Shown in pieces: positions 26,287-37,903 of a stretch of 64,000 nt of DNA; position 1 is the stretch's first letter; every line of letters begins with the position of its first letter. Source of the DNA: Acidobacteria bacterium RIFCSPLOWO2_12_FULL_66_21 (GTDB lineage: Bacteria > Acidobacteriota > Vicinamibacteria > Vicinamibacterales > 2-12-FULL-66-21); assembly GCA_001767455.1 (NCBI GenBank), contig MELC01000005.1:4139-68138 (forward strand). The letters run 5' to 3'. The notes under the pieces were generated by a model, which had not been told where the DNA came from, searched no databases, and saw only the letters and a list, made by a program, of their open reading frames with translations. The translations under genes and the position numbers were made by a program.

Positions 26287-27593
26287 AACGGGTTCTCGAG
26301 CGACTCCGACTGCGGCGTGAACAGCTTCGCGCCGCTGTCGGTGATCTGCATGTCGTCTTCCAGCCGCACGCCGAACTCTCCGCGGATGTAGATCCCGGGC
26401 TCGTTGCTGAACGTCATCCCGCGCTGCGCGGCCAGCGCCGTGTTCCAGCCGAACATGTTGTTCTTCACCAGGTACGGCCACTCGTGGCCTTCCATGCCGA
26501 TCCCGTGACCGAGCCGGTGCGAGAAGTATTTGAACCCGGGGCCGTAGCCCGCCTCCGCGACGACCTGGCGTGCCGCGGCGTCGATCGATTCCAGCGTGAC
26601 GCCCGGACGCGCGGCCTCGAGCGCGGCGTCCTGCGCGCGGCGGACGATGCCGAAGACGGTGTGCATCTTGTCGGACGCCTTGCCGAGCACGAAGGTGCGC
26701 GTGATGTCGGACTGATACCCTTCGACCGTGCACCCGTCGTCGAGCATGATGATCGTGCCCTCACGGATCGTCTGCGGCGCGATCGAGCCGTGCGGAAGCG
26801 CGGTGTATTCGCCGACCTGCACGCTCGCCTCGCCGGGGAAGCCGACGCGGCGATAGCCGGCGGCGATGAGGCTCGAGACCTGGTCCTGCGTCATGCCGGG
26901 CTGAAGGGCCCGGTACACCGCGGCATACACCTGCAACGTCGCCGTGGACGCGATCTGCATTAGCTCCAGCTCGTGGGCGTCCTTGATCATGCGGCAGCCC
27001 GCGGTGATCGGCGTGCCGCTGACGACCTTCGCCTGGGGCGCGGCCGCCGCGATCCCGTCGCTCCACACGTACTTCATCGTCTCCTCGACGCCGATGCGCC
27101 CGGTGCTCGATCCGCGATCCTTCAGTCCACGCGCGACGAGGTCGTACGGGCTCTCGTCTTCGTTCCACGTGCGCACGTCGGCCCTTCCGGCGCCGAAGGG
27201 GCCGAGGGCGATCTGCTCGCGCGCGCGGTCCTCCTCGAATGCGGGACAGACGAAGAACGGATCGCCCTTGACCGGGATGACGCAGGCGAACAGGCGCTCG
27301 CCGCCGCCCCAGCGGATATTCGTGAAGTACACGAGAGAGGTGCCGCTCGACAGGGCGAGCGCGTCGATCCCGGCGTTCGCCATCAGGCGGCGGGCTTTCT
27401 CGATCCGTGCGCGCCGTTCGTCATTCGTGATCGGGCGCGCCTGGCCGCGCATCGACGTGAGCGCGGCAATCGACGGCGGCACCCTCTGCGTGTCGGCCGC
27501 CTGGGCCCCGCCGCGCTGCGCGAGAAGCACGGCGGGAGCTCTCACGATCGCGGCGGTGGCGGCGGAAATCCAGAGGAACGATCTGCGATTCAT
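26283..27593 (-). CDS. M24-family Xaa-Pro aminopeptidase with Tat-type signal peptide
   Basis: 436-aa ORF. The N-terminus MNRRSFLWISAATAAIV is a twin-arginine-like signal. It has a creatinase/prolidase N-domain followed by the M24 metal-ligand blocks (DDGCTVEGYQSDITRT, HRLGHGIGMEGHE, SNEPGIY, LEDD). Confidence 0.85.
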   Translation of the reverse strand: MNRRSFLWISAATAAIVRAPAVLLAQRGGAQAADTQRVPPSIAALTSMRGQARPITNDERRARIEKARRLMANAGIDALALSSGTSLVYFTNIRWGGGERLFACVIPVKGDPFFVCPAFEEDRAREQIALGPFGAGRADVRTWNEDESPYDLVARGLKDRGSSTGRIGVEETMKYVWSDGIAAAAPQAKVVSGTPITAGCRMIKDAHELELMQIASTATLQVYAAVYRALQPGMTQDQVSSLIAAGYRRVGFPGEASVQVGEYTALPHGSIAPQTIREGTIIMLDDGCTVEGYQSDITRTFVLGKASDKMHTVFGIVRRAQDAALEAARPGVTLESIDAAARQVVAEAGYGPGFKYFSHRLGHGIGMEGHEWPYLVKNNMFGWNTALAAQRGMTFSNEPGIYIRGEFGVRLEDDMQITDSGAKLFTPQSESLENPF

Positions 27594-27597
27594 GTCA

Positions 27598-27685
27598 GTT
27601 TCCAGCTTCCAGCTTCCAGCTTCCAGCTTCCAGTTTCCAGCTTCCAGTTTCGAGTTGCGAGCTGCAGCATTCTACATTCTACGTT
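27598..27685. repeat. Mosaic heptamer array: (CCAGYTT)7 + (CGAGYTG)2 + (CTACRTT)2
   Basis: In-register 7-mers run from about 27602 to 27685. They fill the spacer between the glycosyltransferase stop (27679, inside the last unit) and the M24 peptidase start (27593). Confidence 0.88.
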
Positions 27686-28794
27686 GTGCCGATCTCCGCC
27701 TCGATCAGCCTCACGACGGTCGTTGCTCCGTCGATTCGCGCGCGTTCGGGCGCGGACGGCACGGACATGACGTGGCGGAGCGCGTCGCGCCAGCGGCCGG
27801 CGAGCAAATCCTCCTGGCCGATGAATGCGCACCGCAGGTACCGAGGCATCTCGCGGACGAGCACGTCGTATTCCAGGAACCGGCCGCGCGAGGTGTACAG
27901 CATCGCCGTCTCGCCCGCGATGCAATCGGAGATGATGCCGTATCCGGGCTTCGTGACGACCACGTCGACCGCGCGCACGAGGTCCTCGTAGCCGAGGCCA
28001 TTGGCGTGAAGCCGCCGCTCGTCGATGCCGGCAATCGATGGAGGCAGCCCGGCGATCGCCGGCGCCGGCTCGGCGAGGACCACGGCGAACTCATCCAGGC
28101 AGTCGAGAGTGTCGAACGGCAGTCCGCTCAGGCCGAAACCGCCAAATGAGAGGAGTGCCAGCGGCCGGTCGTCCGGCACCCCGAGCATCCGCCGGATGTC
28201 GTCACGCGTCAGATCGGCACGCCCGGGTCGCGCGATGAACGGGATGTCGAGGATGCGCTCGAAGGTCTCGAAGCCGCCGTGCATGGGCAGCCGCCATGCG
28301 GCGCCGGCGCTGCCGTACGCATCCCGGATCGCACGGATCAGTTCGGGAACGGACTGAACCTCCCGCGCATATCCGCGGTAGATCCAGTCCCAGGTGAAGT
28401 TCGCGAGGACGGCCGAGGGAATGCCCGCCCGCGCCGCGGCAGCGCACGCGAGCGGCGGCGCGTCGGCGACGACGAGCCGCGCATCGTGACGGCGCAGCAT
28501 CTCGGCTTCGGCGTCCGCCCGGGCGTCGAGCGTGCGATAGAACTCCGCCGCGCGCGCGATTGTGGCGGCCACATCGAGCCGGAGGCTGTCGATCTGCACG
28601 ACGCCGGTATCGCACGGGCCCTCGACGATCGTGACGGGCACGCGAATCGTCGCATCCAGCAGCCGGCGCGGCACCGACGTGCGCACGACGATCGCGAGGT
28701 CCGGATGCGCGCGGCCGAGCGTGTTGATGACTTCGATGTCGCGCGAGGCGTGGCCGAATCCGTGGCCGGAGATGTAGAAGAAGATCGAGGGCAC
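27679..28794 (-). CDS. GT-B glycosyltransferase-like protein (MurG/GT28-like)
   Basis: 371-aa ORF. The N-terminal glycine-rich loop FFYISGHGFGHASR and the C-terminal VVTKPGYGIISDC block are typical of GT28/UDP-glycosyltransferase-like proteins. Substrate is unknown. Confidence 0.6.
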   Translation of the reverse strand: MPSIFFYISGHGFGHASRDIEVINTLGRAHPDLAIVVRTSVPRRLLDATIRVPVTIVEGPCDTGVVQIDSLRLDVAATIARAAEFYRTLDARADAEAEMLRRHDARLVVADAPPLACAAAARAGIPSAVLANFTWDWIYRGYAREVQSVPELIRAIRDAYGSAGAAWRLPMHGGFETFERILDIPFIARPGRADLTRDDIRRMLGVPDDRPLALLSFGGFGLSGLPFDTLDCLDEFAVVLAEPAPAIAGLPPSIAGIDERRLHANGLGYEDLVRAVDVVVTKPGYGIISDCIAGETAMLYTSRGRFLEYDVLVREMPRYLRCAFIGQEDLLAGRWRDALRHVMSVPSAPERARIDGATTVVRLIEAEIGTT

Positions 28795-28803
28795 GCGGGC
28801 GGG

Positions 28804-31296
<2,493 letters not shown>

Positions 31297-31341
31297 CGTC
31301 GTTCTAAGGGTTCTAAAGGTTCCGAACCAATAGAACCTCTA

Positions 31342-32103
31342 CTAGTAGACCCACGGGATCATGCGCCACTTGACGGCGCGGCGATACGCCTCGTATTCCG
31401 CGCCGAAGGCATCGCCGAGGCTGCGCTCTTCGAACGGGATCGCCAGGGCCAGGTACGCCGTGCTGACGATGGCGAAGACGCCGCGCGTCGCGGTCATGTG
31501 CGGCGCGCCGAAGACCAGCAGCGCCCAGCCCAGGTACAACGGGTGGCGCACGATCTGGAATACGCCGGTCGTCGCGAGAGGCACGTGCGCCGGCGGTCGT
31601 CCCGAGCGCGCCGACAGCAGCGGACGAACGCCCGCCAGATCCAGCACGTCGACCGCGCGCGATCCGGCCGCGGTGAGCGCGGTCCCGGTGACCTGCAGCG
31701 CGACACCCGCCCACCACCAGGGGCCCTGGAGGGAGTACAACAACCCGGGCACCGGGCGCCACCACCACACCACCGCGATCAGCAGCAGACTGGCGAGCCA
31801 GGTGTACAAAGACCGGTCGTATGGCGGGGGAATGGCGCGCCGCAGGCGCGACTTCAGCCGCATGCGCGCAAACAGGCTGTGGTGCAGCGCGAAGACCGAA
31901 AACAGCGCCACGTCGACGAGCGCCGGACCGATCCATGAGCCGGACCCCGCCTCTGTGCCAAAGCGCACGAGGTATGCATAGAGGAAGGCAGCCAGCGAGA
32001 CCACGAACACCAGCGCCCCGGTCCACACGAGTGCAACGGCCCCGGCTGGCGGGCGCCACTCGGGTCCCGCCGAATCGGGCCGGGGGAGGGAAGGAAGGCT
32101 CAT
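31342..32103 (-). CDS. Membrane methyltransferase of the ICMT/PEMT/MddA-like family
   Basis: 253-aa polytopic ORF. The C-terminal SAM-binding block TTGVFQIVRHPLYLGWALLVFG...PFEERSL.. is characteristic of the isoprenylcysteine carboxyl methyltransferase superfamily. Confidence 0.75.
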   Translation of the reverse strand: MSLPSLPRPDSAGPEWRPPAGAVALVWTGALVFVVSLAAFLYAYLVRFGTEAGSGSWIGPALVDVALFSVFALHHSLFARMRLKSRLRRAIPPPYDRSLYTWLASLLLIAVVWWWRPVPGLLYSLQGPWWWAGVALQVTGTALTAAGSRAVDVLDLAGVRPLLSARSGRPPAHVPLATTGVFQIVRHPLYLGWALLVFGAPHMTATRGVFAIVSTAYLALAIPFEERSLGDAFGAEYEAYRRAVKWRMIPWVY

Positions 32104-32171
32104 GAGTCGCGGGATTTTCGAAACGTGTGCGGCCTGTTCATCGCCCGTAAGCGCCGCAGGCGCCGTTCGGT

Positions 32172-32177
32172 CATTAT
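32172..32177 (+). promoter_or_regulatory. -10-like box CATTAT, 6 nt before KAS ATG 32184
   Basis: tCATTATaaagacATG. The region is AT-rich in an otherwise GC-rich spacer. Confidence 0.4.
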
Positions 32178-32183
32178 AAAGAC

Positions 32184-33473
32184 ATGGCTGACGTCAACAT
32201 GCCCGCCGTCGCGATCACCGGAATCGGCGTCGTGTCCCCCTTCGGCGTCGGACGGCAGCGCTTCTGGGAGGCGATCGCCCGAGGCTGCAGCGCCACGCGG
32301 ACGATTCGCGACTTCGACGCCTCCGCTTACCCGTGTTCCGTTGCAGCACCGGTGCCGCCCGTGTCGATCGACGATCGGGTGGAAATCGCGGGGCGCGCGC
32401 CGGGCGGCCGGGCCGAGCGCAGCGGCCATCCCGACCCGCGCCGCTATTCGAAGGCGTCGCTCATCGCCGTCCTCGCGGCCACCGAAGCGTGGCACGACGC
32501 GGGGCTGCGGTTGAACGAGCCGGGCGCCGGCGTGCTCGTCGGCAGCGGCGCGGGAGGCATCGACGTGGCCGAGCGGCAGTACGAGGACTTCTTCACCCAG
32601 GGAGGCAAGCGCGTCTCGCCCTACGCGATTCCCGTATCGATTGTGGGAATGATCTCGAGCGAGATCTCGATTGCGCTCGAGCTGCACGGCATCAGCCACG
32701 TCGTCTCGACCGGGTGCACGAGCTCCACGGATGCGATTGCGTACGCCACGGCGCTCGTCCGCAGCGGCGAGGCCGACGTCGTCCTGTCCGGCGGCGCGGA
32801 CGCGTGCGTGACGCCGGGCATGGTCTTCGGCTTCTCACGAATGCGCGCCGTCGCGACCCGCTTTAACGACTCGCCGGGCGAGGCCTCGCGTCCGTTCGAC
32901 CTGGAGCGCGACGGGTTCGTGCTTGGCGAAGGCGCGTGGATGGTGGTCATCGAGCGCGCCGATCGGGCGCGGGCGCGAGGCGCGCAGATCTACGCCACCA
33001 TCGACGGCTACGGCTCGACGTGCGATGCGTTCCATCGCGTCCAGATGGATCCCGACGGCGCCGAAATCGTGCGGGCCATGCGGCTCGCCATCGATCGGTC
33101 CGGTCGCGCGATCGAGGACATCGGCTACGTGAACTACCATGGGACATCGACGGTGCTGAACGACGCCGTCGAGTCGCGCTGCGTGCGCCGGCTGTTCGGT
33201 GCGCTCGCCGATCGGGTGCCGGGATCGTCCATCAAGTCGATGATCGGACATCCGCAGGGGGCCAGCGGCGCCGCGGGCATCGTGTCCGCCGCGCTCGCCC
33301 TGTCGGAGGGGTTTCTGCCGCCGACCATCAACCAGCGCACGCCAGATCCCGCCTGCGATCTGGATTTCATTCCAAATGCCGGGCGCGCGGCGACACCGCT
33401 GGCTGCGCTCTGCAACTGCCTCGGGTTCGGCTCGAAAAACAGTGCCATCGTTCTCGGGAAGGACGGGGGCTAG
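32184..33473 (+). CDS. Beta-ketoacyl-[ACP] synthase family protein (FabF/KAS II-like)
   Basis: 429-aa ORF with the catalytic Cys in VSTGCTSSTDAI. The His residues lie in CDAFH and NYHGTSTVLND, and the C-terminal region has GHPQGASG and GFGSKNSAIVL. Confidence 0.85.
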   Translation: MADVNMPAVAITGIGVVSPFGVGRQRFWEAIARGCSATRTIRDFDASAYPCSVAAPVPPVSIDDRVEIAGRAPGGRAERSGHPDPRRYSKASLIAVLAATEAWHDAGLRLNEPGAGVLVGSGAGGIDVAERQYEDFFTQGGKRVSPYAIPVSIVGMISSEISIALELHGISHVVSTGCTSSTDAIAYATALVRSGEADVVLSGGADACVTPGMVFGFSRMRAVATRFNDSPGEASRPFDLERDGFVLGEGAWMVVIERADRARARGAQIYATIDGYGSTCDAFHRVQMDPDGAEIVRAMRLAIDRSGRAIEDIGYVNYHGTSTVLNDAVESRCVRRLFGALADRVPGSSIKSMIGHPQGASGAAGIVSAALALSEGFLPPTINQRTPDPACDLDFIPNAGRAATPLAALCNCLGFGSKNSAIVLGKDGG

Positions 33474-33477
33474 GGCT

Positions 33478-33554
33478 TGCCGCGCCGAAGCGCGAAGCGC
33501 GAAGGCGGGTGCTGGGGCGTGCCGCGCCGAAGCGCGAAGCGCGAAGGCGGGTGC
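33478..33554. repeat. Two 35-bp identical direct repeats (period 42)
   Basis: tgccgcgccgaagcgcgaagcgcgaaggcgggtgc occurs at 33478-33512 and again at 33520-33554, between the KAS and FAD-oxidoreductase genes. Each copy contains (GAAGCGC)2. Confidence 0.9.
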
Positions 33555-33565
33555 GAGCTGCGTGA

Positions 33566-34699
33566 GTGATGCCTGATGTGGTGATCGCGGGCGCCGGGCC
33601 GGCCGGCGCCGTGGCGGCGACGGTGCTGGCGCGCGCCGGTGTGCAGGTGCTCGTGCTGGATCGGGCCCGCTTTCCGCGCCCGAAACTCTGCGGCGACACC
33701 GTGAATCCTGGCGCGCTGGCGATACTCACGCGCCTTGGACTGGACGCCGCGGTCGACGGCGGGTTGCCCATCGACGGTATGATCGTCACGAGCGAGCGCG
33801 TGCGTGTCGTGGGCCGATACGATGGCATGCAGGGGCGCTCGATTGCGCGGCAGGACCTCGATGCGGCGCTGGTGCGCCTCGCGCGCGAGGCTGGCGCCGA
33901 AATCCAGGAGGGCGTCCTCGTCGACGCGCCGGTGGTCGAGTCGCGGAACGGCGCTCCGCGAGTCGTTGGCCTGACGACGAAATGTGAGGGCGGTTTGCCG
34001 CGGCGCATCGACGCGCGCCTCGTCATCGCCGCTGATGGGCGCTACTCGCGCGTGGCACGCGCGCTCCATCTCTCCCGCTCTCCCCGGCGGCCGCGCCGGT
34101 GGGCGATTGGCGCCTACTTCACCGATGTGGCGGGTCTCACGGCGTTCGGCGAAATGCACGTGAGATCCGGGCACTACCTGGGCGTCGCACCCCTTCCGGG
34201 CGGCCTTGCGAACGCCTGTCTCGTCGTCTCGGCGCGGCGCGCGCTCCGGGATCCGTCGACCTTGTTACTCGAGGCCATTTGCACCGATCGGCGGCTGGCC
34301 GGACGATTCGCGTCGGCCCGGATGCTCGGGGTGGCGGCGTGCCTGGGGCCTCTGGCGGTCGAATGTTCCGCGGGAGGGATGGCGGGTCTCCTGCTCGCGG
34401 GCGATGCCGGCGGGTTCGTCGATCCGATGACGGGGGATGGATTGCGGTTCGCGTTCCGCGGCGGCGAGCTCGCGGCTCTCGAGGCGCTTCACGCGCTCGA
34501 GCACGGGGTCGAGGCGGCGCACGTGCGGCTGCTTGCCGCGCGCCGCGAGGCATTCGGGCGCAAGTGGCGCTTCAACCGCGGGCTGCGGTCCCTGGCAGGA
34601 TCCCCTGTCGCCGCTCGTGCCGCCGCTTTTGGCGCGGCGGTTGCCCCGGCCATCCTGCGGCGCGTCATCCGGTATGCAGGCGATGCGGACGCTGCCTGA
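33566..34699 (+). CDS. FAD-dependent oxidoreductase, geranylgeranyl-reductase family
   Basis: 377-aa ORF with the dinucleotide fold DVVIAGAGPAGAVAATVLARAGVQVLVLDR, followed by PKLCGDTV and GDAGGFVDPMTGDGL motifs. Confidence 0.82.
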   Translation: MMPDVVIAGAGPAGAVAATVLARAGVQVLVLDRARFPRPKLCGDTVNPGALAILTRLGLDAAVDGGLPIDGMIVTSERVRVVGRYDGMQGRSIARQDLDAALVRLAREAGAEIQEGVLVDAPVVESRNGAPRVVGLTTKCEGGLPRRIDARLVIAADGRYSRVARALHLSRSPRRPRRWAIGAYFTDVAGLTAFGEMHVRSGHYLGVAPLPGGLANACLVVSARRALRDPSTLLLEAICTDRRLAGRFASARMLGVAACLGPLAVECSAGGMAGLLLAGDAGGFVDPMTGDGLRFAFRGGELAALEALHALEHGVEAAHVRLLAARREAFGRKWRFNRGLRSLAGSPVAARAAAFGAAVAPAILRRVIRYAGDADAA

Positions 34700-34710
34700 C
34701 TGACGGCGGG

Positions 34711-35220
34711 ATGATGTTCTCTCTCGTACTCCTCGCGATCGCGTTCCTGCCCATGATCGTCGAAGCGGGCATCGCGGCCCGCCACGATCGGGTCCTTCGC
34801 GCGCGAGGCGCGGTCGAGCCGGCCGGCGACGTGTATCGAATCATGCAGGTTGCGTATCCGGCGGCGTTCCTCGCCATGGTCCTCGAAGGCTGGGCGGGCG
34901 GAGGAAGGCCGGGCGGGCTGACCAACCTGGGAGCGTTGCTGTTCGTCGCGGCGAAGCTCTTGAAATACTGGGCCGTCGGCACGCTCGGCGACCGTTGGAC
35001 GTTTCGAGTACTGGTCCCGCCGGGTTCCTCCCGCATCCTCACGGGTCCCTATCGGCTGATCCGCCATCCCAATTACGTGGCGGTGGCAGGCGAACTTGCT
35101 GGTTTCGCCCTTCTGGCGGGCGCGCCAACCGCCGGCGGAGTGTCGGTCATTCTCTTCTCCTTCCTCATCCTGAGACGTATACACATAGAAGAGCGCGCGC
35201 TCGGACTCGGTCCAGAGTAG
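34711..35220 (+). CDS. ICMT-family membrane methyltransferase (second copy in the cluster)
   Basis: Start is at ATG 34711, inside the track ORF 34099..35220. The 169-aa product has 4-5 TM segments and GPYRLIRHPNYVAVAGELAGFALL...IEERAL. Confidence 0.78.
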   Translation: MMFSLVLLAIAFLPMIVEAGIAARHDRVLRARGAVEPAGDVYRIMQVAYPAAFLAMVLEGWAGGGRPGGLTNLGALLFVAAKLLKYWAVGTLGDRWTFRVLVPPGSSRILTGPYRLIRHPNYVAVAGELAGFALLAGAPTAGGVSVILFSFLILRRIHIEERALGLGPE

Positions 35221-35341
35221 AATCCGCCACTTGCGGTCGAATTGATGGGCTCGGCACCGGGTTTGAATGGCTTCAGCGAAGGCGGGCGGCTGGCGCCTTC
35301 CTTGCGGCGTCTAACAGTGTGTTCGTGTGGGTGACGTTGAA

Positions 35342-37903
35342 ATGACGCGAGCGAAGCAGAACGGGTTTCACATGCGGCCGCTCGTTGGCGCCCTGATCGT
35401 CGCGTGTGTGTGGACGGCTGTCACGGTTTCGTCACATGCCCAGCAAGCGGCCCCCGTGTCGGCTTTCCCATCGTCAGCGTGGCGCGCGATCGCGCACGGA
35501 AAACGCGCGGAAGCCGAGGCGCTGGCGCGCGCTCGGGCTGACGAGCCCGCTGCCGCGGCGGTCCTCGCGAGTCTTGCCGCGCATCGCGGGGAGTACGAAC
35601 AAGCGATCGCCATGCTCGAGCCGGCCTCCGCCAAATCACCGCTCGGCGATGCCGCGCTCGAGTTGGCGCTCCTCCAGCAACAATTGGGGCGCAGCAGCGT
35701 GGCCACGCCAATCCTCATGCGCCTGTATCGCGAGGCGTCAGACGGCGACGCGGCGTCGCTGTCGCGCGGCGGCCGCGCGGCGCAAGCGCTCGGGCGCGCC
35801 CAGGAAGCCAACGCGCTGTTCCGCGCCGCATCCGCGGTCGGGTCGGATCCGGCCATCGATACCGCCTGGGGCATGTTGTTCTTCGAAACCTACAACGTGT
35901 CGGAGGCCGCGAGGTCGTTCAAGCAGGCCATCCAGAAGGACGCGGACTGGGCGCCCGCGCATGCCGGGCTCGCGCATGCGCTGGCGGAGGACGATCCGCC
36001 CGCGGCGGCGGCCGCGGCGACGCGCGCGCTGCAGATCGATCCCGAGCTGGCCGACGCCGAGCTGCTGCTCGCGAACCTCGATCTCGACAACAGCCGATAC
36101 GATGCCGCGCGCGAGCGGATCGCGCACGTGATCTCGATCAACCCCACGCAGTTCGACGCGCGCGCGCTGGCCGCCGCGATTCTCTACGTCCGCGGCGAGC
36201 GTGCGGCCTTCGACGCCGAAGTGTCGCGAGTCCTCGCGATCAACCCGGCGTTCGGCGAGATCTACCGCGCGGCGGCCGATCTCGCCGCGCGCAACTACCG
36301 GTTCGACGACGCGGTGGAGCTGACGCGCAAGGCGGTGACGCTCGATCCGACCAGCGCGCGGGCGCATGCGGAGCTGGGCATGCACCTGATGCGGACCGGC
36401 GACGAGGTGGAGGCGCGGCGCGCCCTGGACCGGGCCTTCCGCTCCGATCCGTTCGACGTCGTCACTTACAACCTCCTGGCGCTGCTCGACACGCTCGACA
36501 AGTTCGTGACCGTGCGCGAGGGGGACATCATCCTCAAGCTGCACGCCGACGAGGCGCCCATCATGCGCGACTACGTGATGGCGCTCGCGCAGGACGCGTT
36601 GAAGACGCTGTCGGCCCGGTACGCGTTCACGCCGAAGGGGCCGATCCTCATCGAGATGTTCCCACGGCACGACGATTTCGCCGTGCGCACGCTGGGGCTG
36701 CCGGGCATGCTCGGCGCGCTCGGCGCCTGCTTCGGGCGCGTCGTGACGCTCGATTCGCCGCACGCACGCGATCCCGGCACGTATTCCTGGCAGGCCACGC
36801 TCTGGCACGAGATGACGCACGTGTTCACGCTGCAGATGTCACAGCAGCGGATCCCGCGCTGGCTCACCGAGGGGATCTCCGTGTACGAGGAGGCACGCGC
36901 GCGGCCCGAATGGGGACGTGACATGGAGGTGCCGTTCGCGATCGCGCTCGAGCGGGACAAGACGCTGAAGGTGCGCGACCTGAACTCCGGGTTCACGCGC
37001 CCCGACACCATCGCGCTCGCGTACTTCGAATCGTCGCTGCTCGTCGATCACATCGTCCGCACGTACGGCGAGGCGAAGCTGCAGGCGCTCATTCGGTCGT
37101 ACGGGCAGGGACTCGAAGGGGAGGCCGCCCTCGAGAAGATGATGGGGGCGCCGATCGACCAGTTGCAGACGTCGTTCGATCGGAGCGTCGACGCGCGTTT
37201 CGGGCCGCTGCGCGCCGCGCTGCGAGACGTGGCCACGACGGCCCAGCGCGGGGCACCGGCCAGGCCGGCGGAGACCGCCGGGGTCGACGCGCTTCGGGCT
37301 GCTGCCGCCGCGAAGCCCCAGAGCTACGCGGCGCAGCTCGCGCTGGGCGCCGCGCTCGCCGCGGCGGGCGATCGCGCGGCGTTCGGCCCGCTCGAGCAGG
37401 CCGCCGCGCTGGTACCGGTCGCCACCGGCGAGGACAGTCCGCATGCGATCATGGCGAAGCTCGCCGAGCAGCTCGGGGATGCGCCGCGTGCGATCGTGGA
37501 ATACCAGGCGCTGCTCGCGCAGGATCACACCACCGTCGAACCCGCCCGCCGCCTCGCGGAGCTGGCGGGCAAGACCGCGCAGGCTCCCGCGCTGCTCGCG
37601 GCGTACGATCGGGTCGTCGCCATCGATCCGTTCGACGGTCCGGCCCACACCGGCCTCGGCCGCCTCGCGCTCAAGAAGGGCGACGGCCGCGCGGCGGTTC
37701 GCGAGTTCAAGGCGGCGCTCGCGACCGGGCCGGCCGACAAGGCGTCGGCGCACTGCGACCTGGGCGAAGCGTACCTGCTGGCGGGGGACCACGCCGCCGC
37801 GAAGAAGGAGGCGCTTGCCGCCCTGGAAATCGCGCCGACCTTCGAGCGGGCACAGGAACTGCTGCTGCACGCGATCAAGAGCGCACCCGAGGAGCGTCAA
37901 TGA
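35342..37903 (+). CDS. TPR-repeat protein with embedded HExxH (peptidase MA-like) domain; first gene of the Bat-like operon
   Basis: About 853 aa with a signal/TM N-terminus. Multiple TPR-like repeats flank a region with WHEMTHVF (HExxH) and a downstream EGISVYEE. The stop overlaps the next gene by 4 nt. Confidence 0.75.
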   Translation: MTRAKQNGFHMRPLVGALIVACVWTAVTVSSHAQQAAPVSAFPSSAWRAIAHGKRAEAEALARARADEPAAAAVLASLAAHRGEYEQAIAMLEPASAKSPLGDAALELALLQQQLGRSSVATPILMRLYREASDGDAASLSRGGRAAQALGRAQEANALFRAASAVGSDPAIDTAWGMLFFETYNVSEAARSFKQAIQKDADWAPAHAGLAHALAEDDPPAAAAAATRALQIDPELADAELLLANLDLDNSRYDAARERIAHVISINPTQFDARALAAAILYVRGERAAFDAEVSRVLAINPAFGEIYRAAADLAARNYRFDDAVELTRKAVTLDPTSARAHAELGMHLMRTGDEVEARRALDRAFRSDPFDVVTYNLLALLDTLDKFVTVREGDIILKLHADEAPIMRDYVMALAQDALKTLSARYAFTPKGPILIEMFPRHDDFAVRTLGLPGMLGALGACFGRVVTLDSPHARDPGTYSWQATLWHEMTHVFTLQMSQQRIPRWLTEGISVYEEARARPEWGRDMEVPFAIALERDKTLKVRDLNSGFTRPDTIALAYFESSLLVDHIVRTYGEAKLQALIRSYGQGLEGEAALEKMMGAPIDQLQTSFDRSVDARFGPLRAALRDVATTAQRGAPARPAETAGVDALRAAAAAKPQSYAAQLALGAALAAAGDRAAFGPLEQAAALVPVATGEDSPHAIMAKLAEQLGDAPRAIVEYQALLAQDHTTVEPARRLAELAGKTAQAPALLAAYDRVVAIDPFDGPAHTGLGRLALKKGDGRAAVREFKAALATGPADKASAHCDLGEAYLLAGDHAAAKKEALAALEIAPTFERAQELLLHAIKSAPEERQ

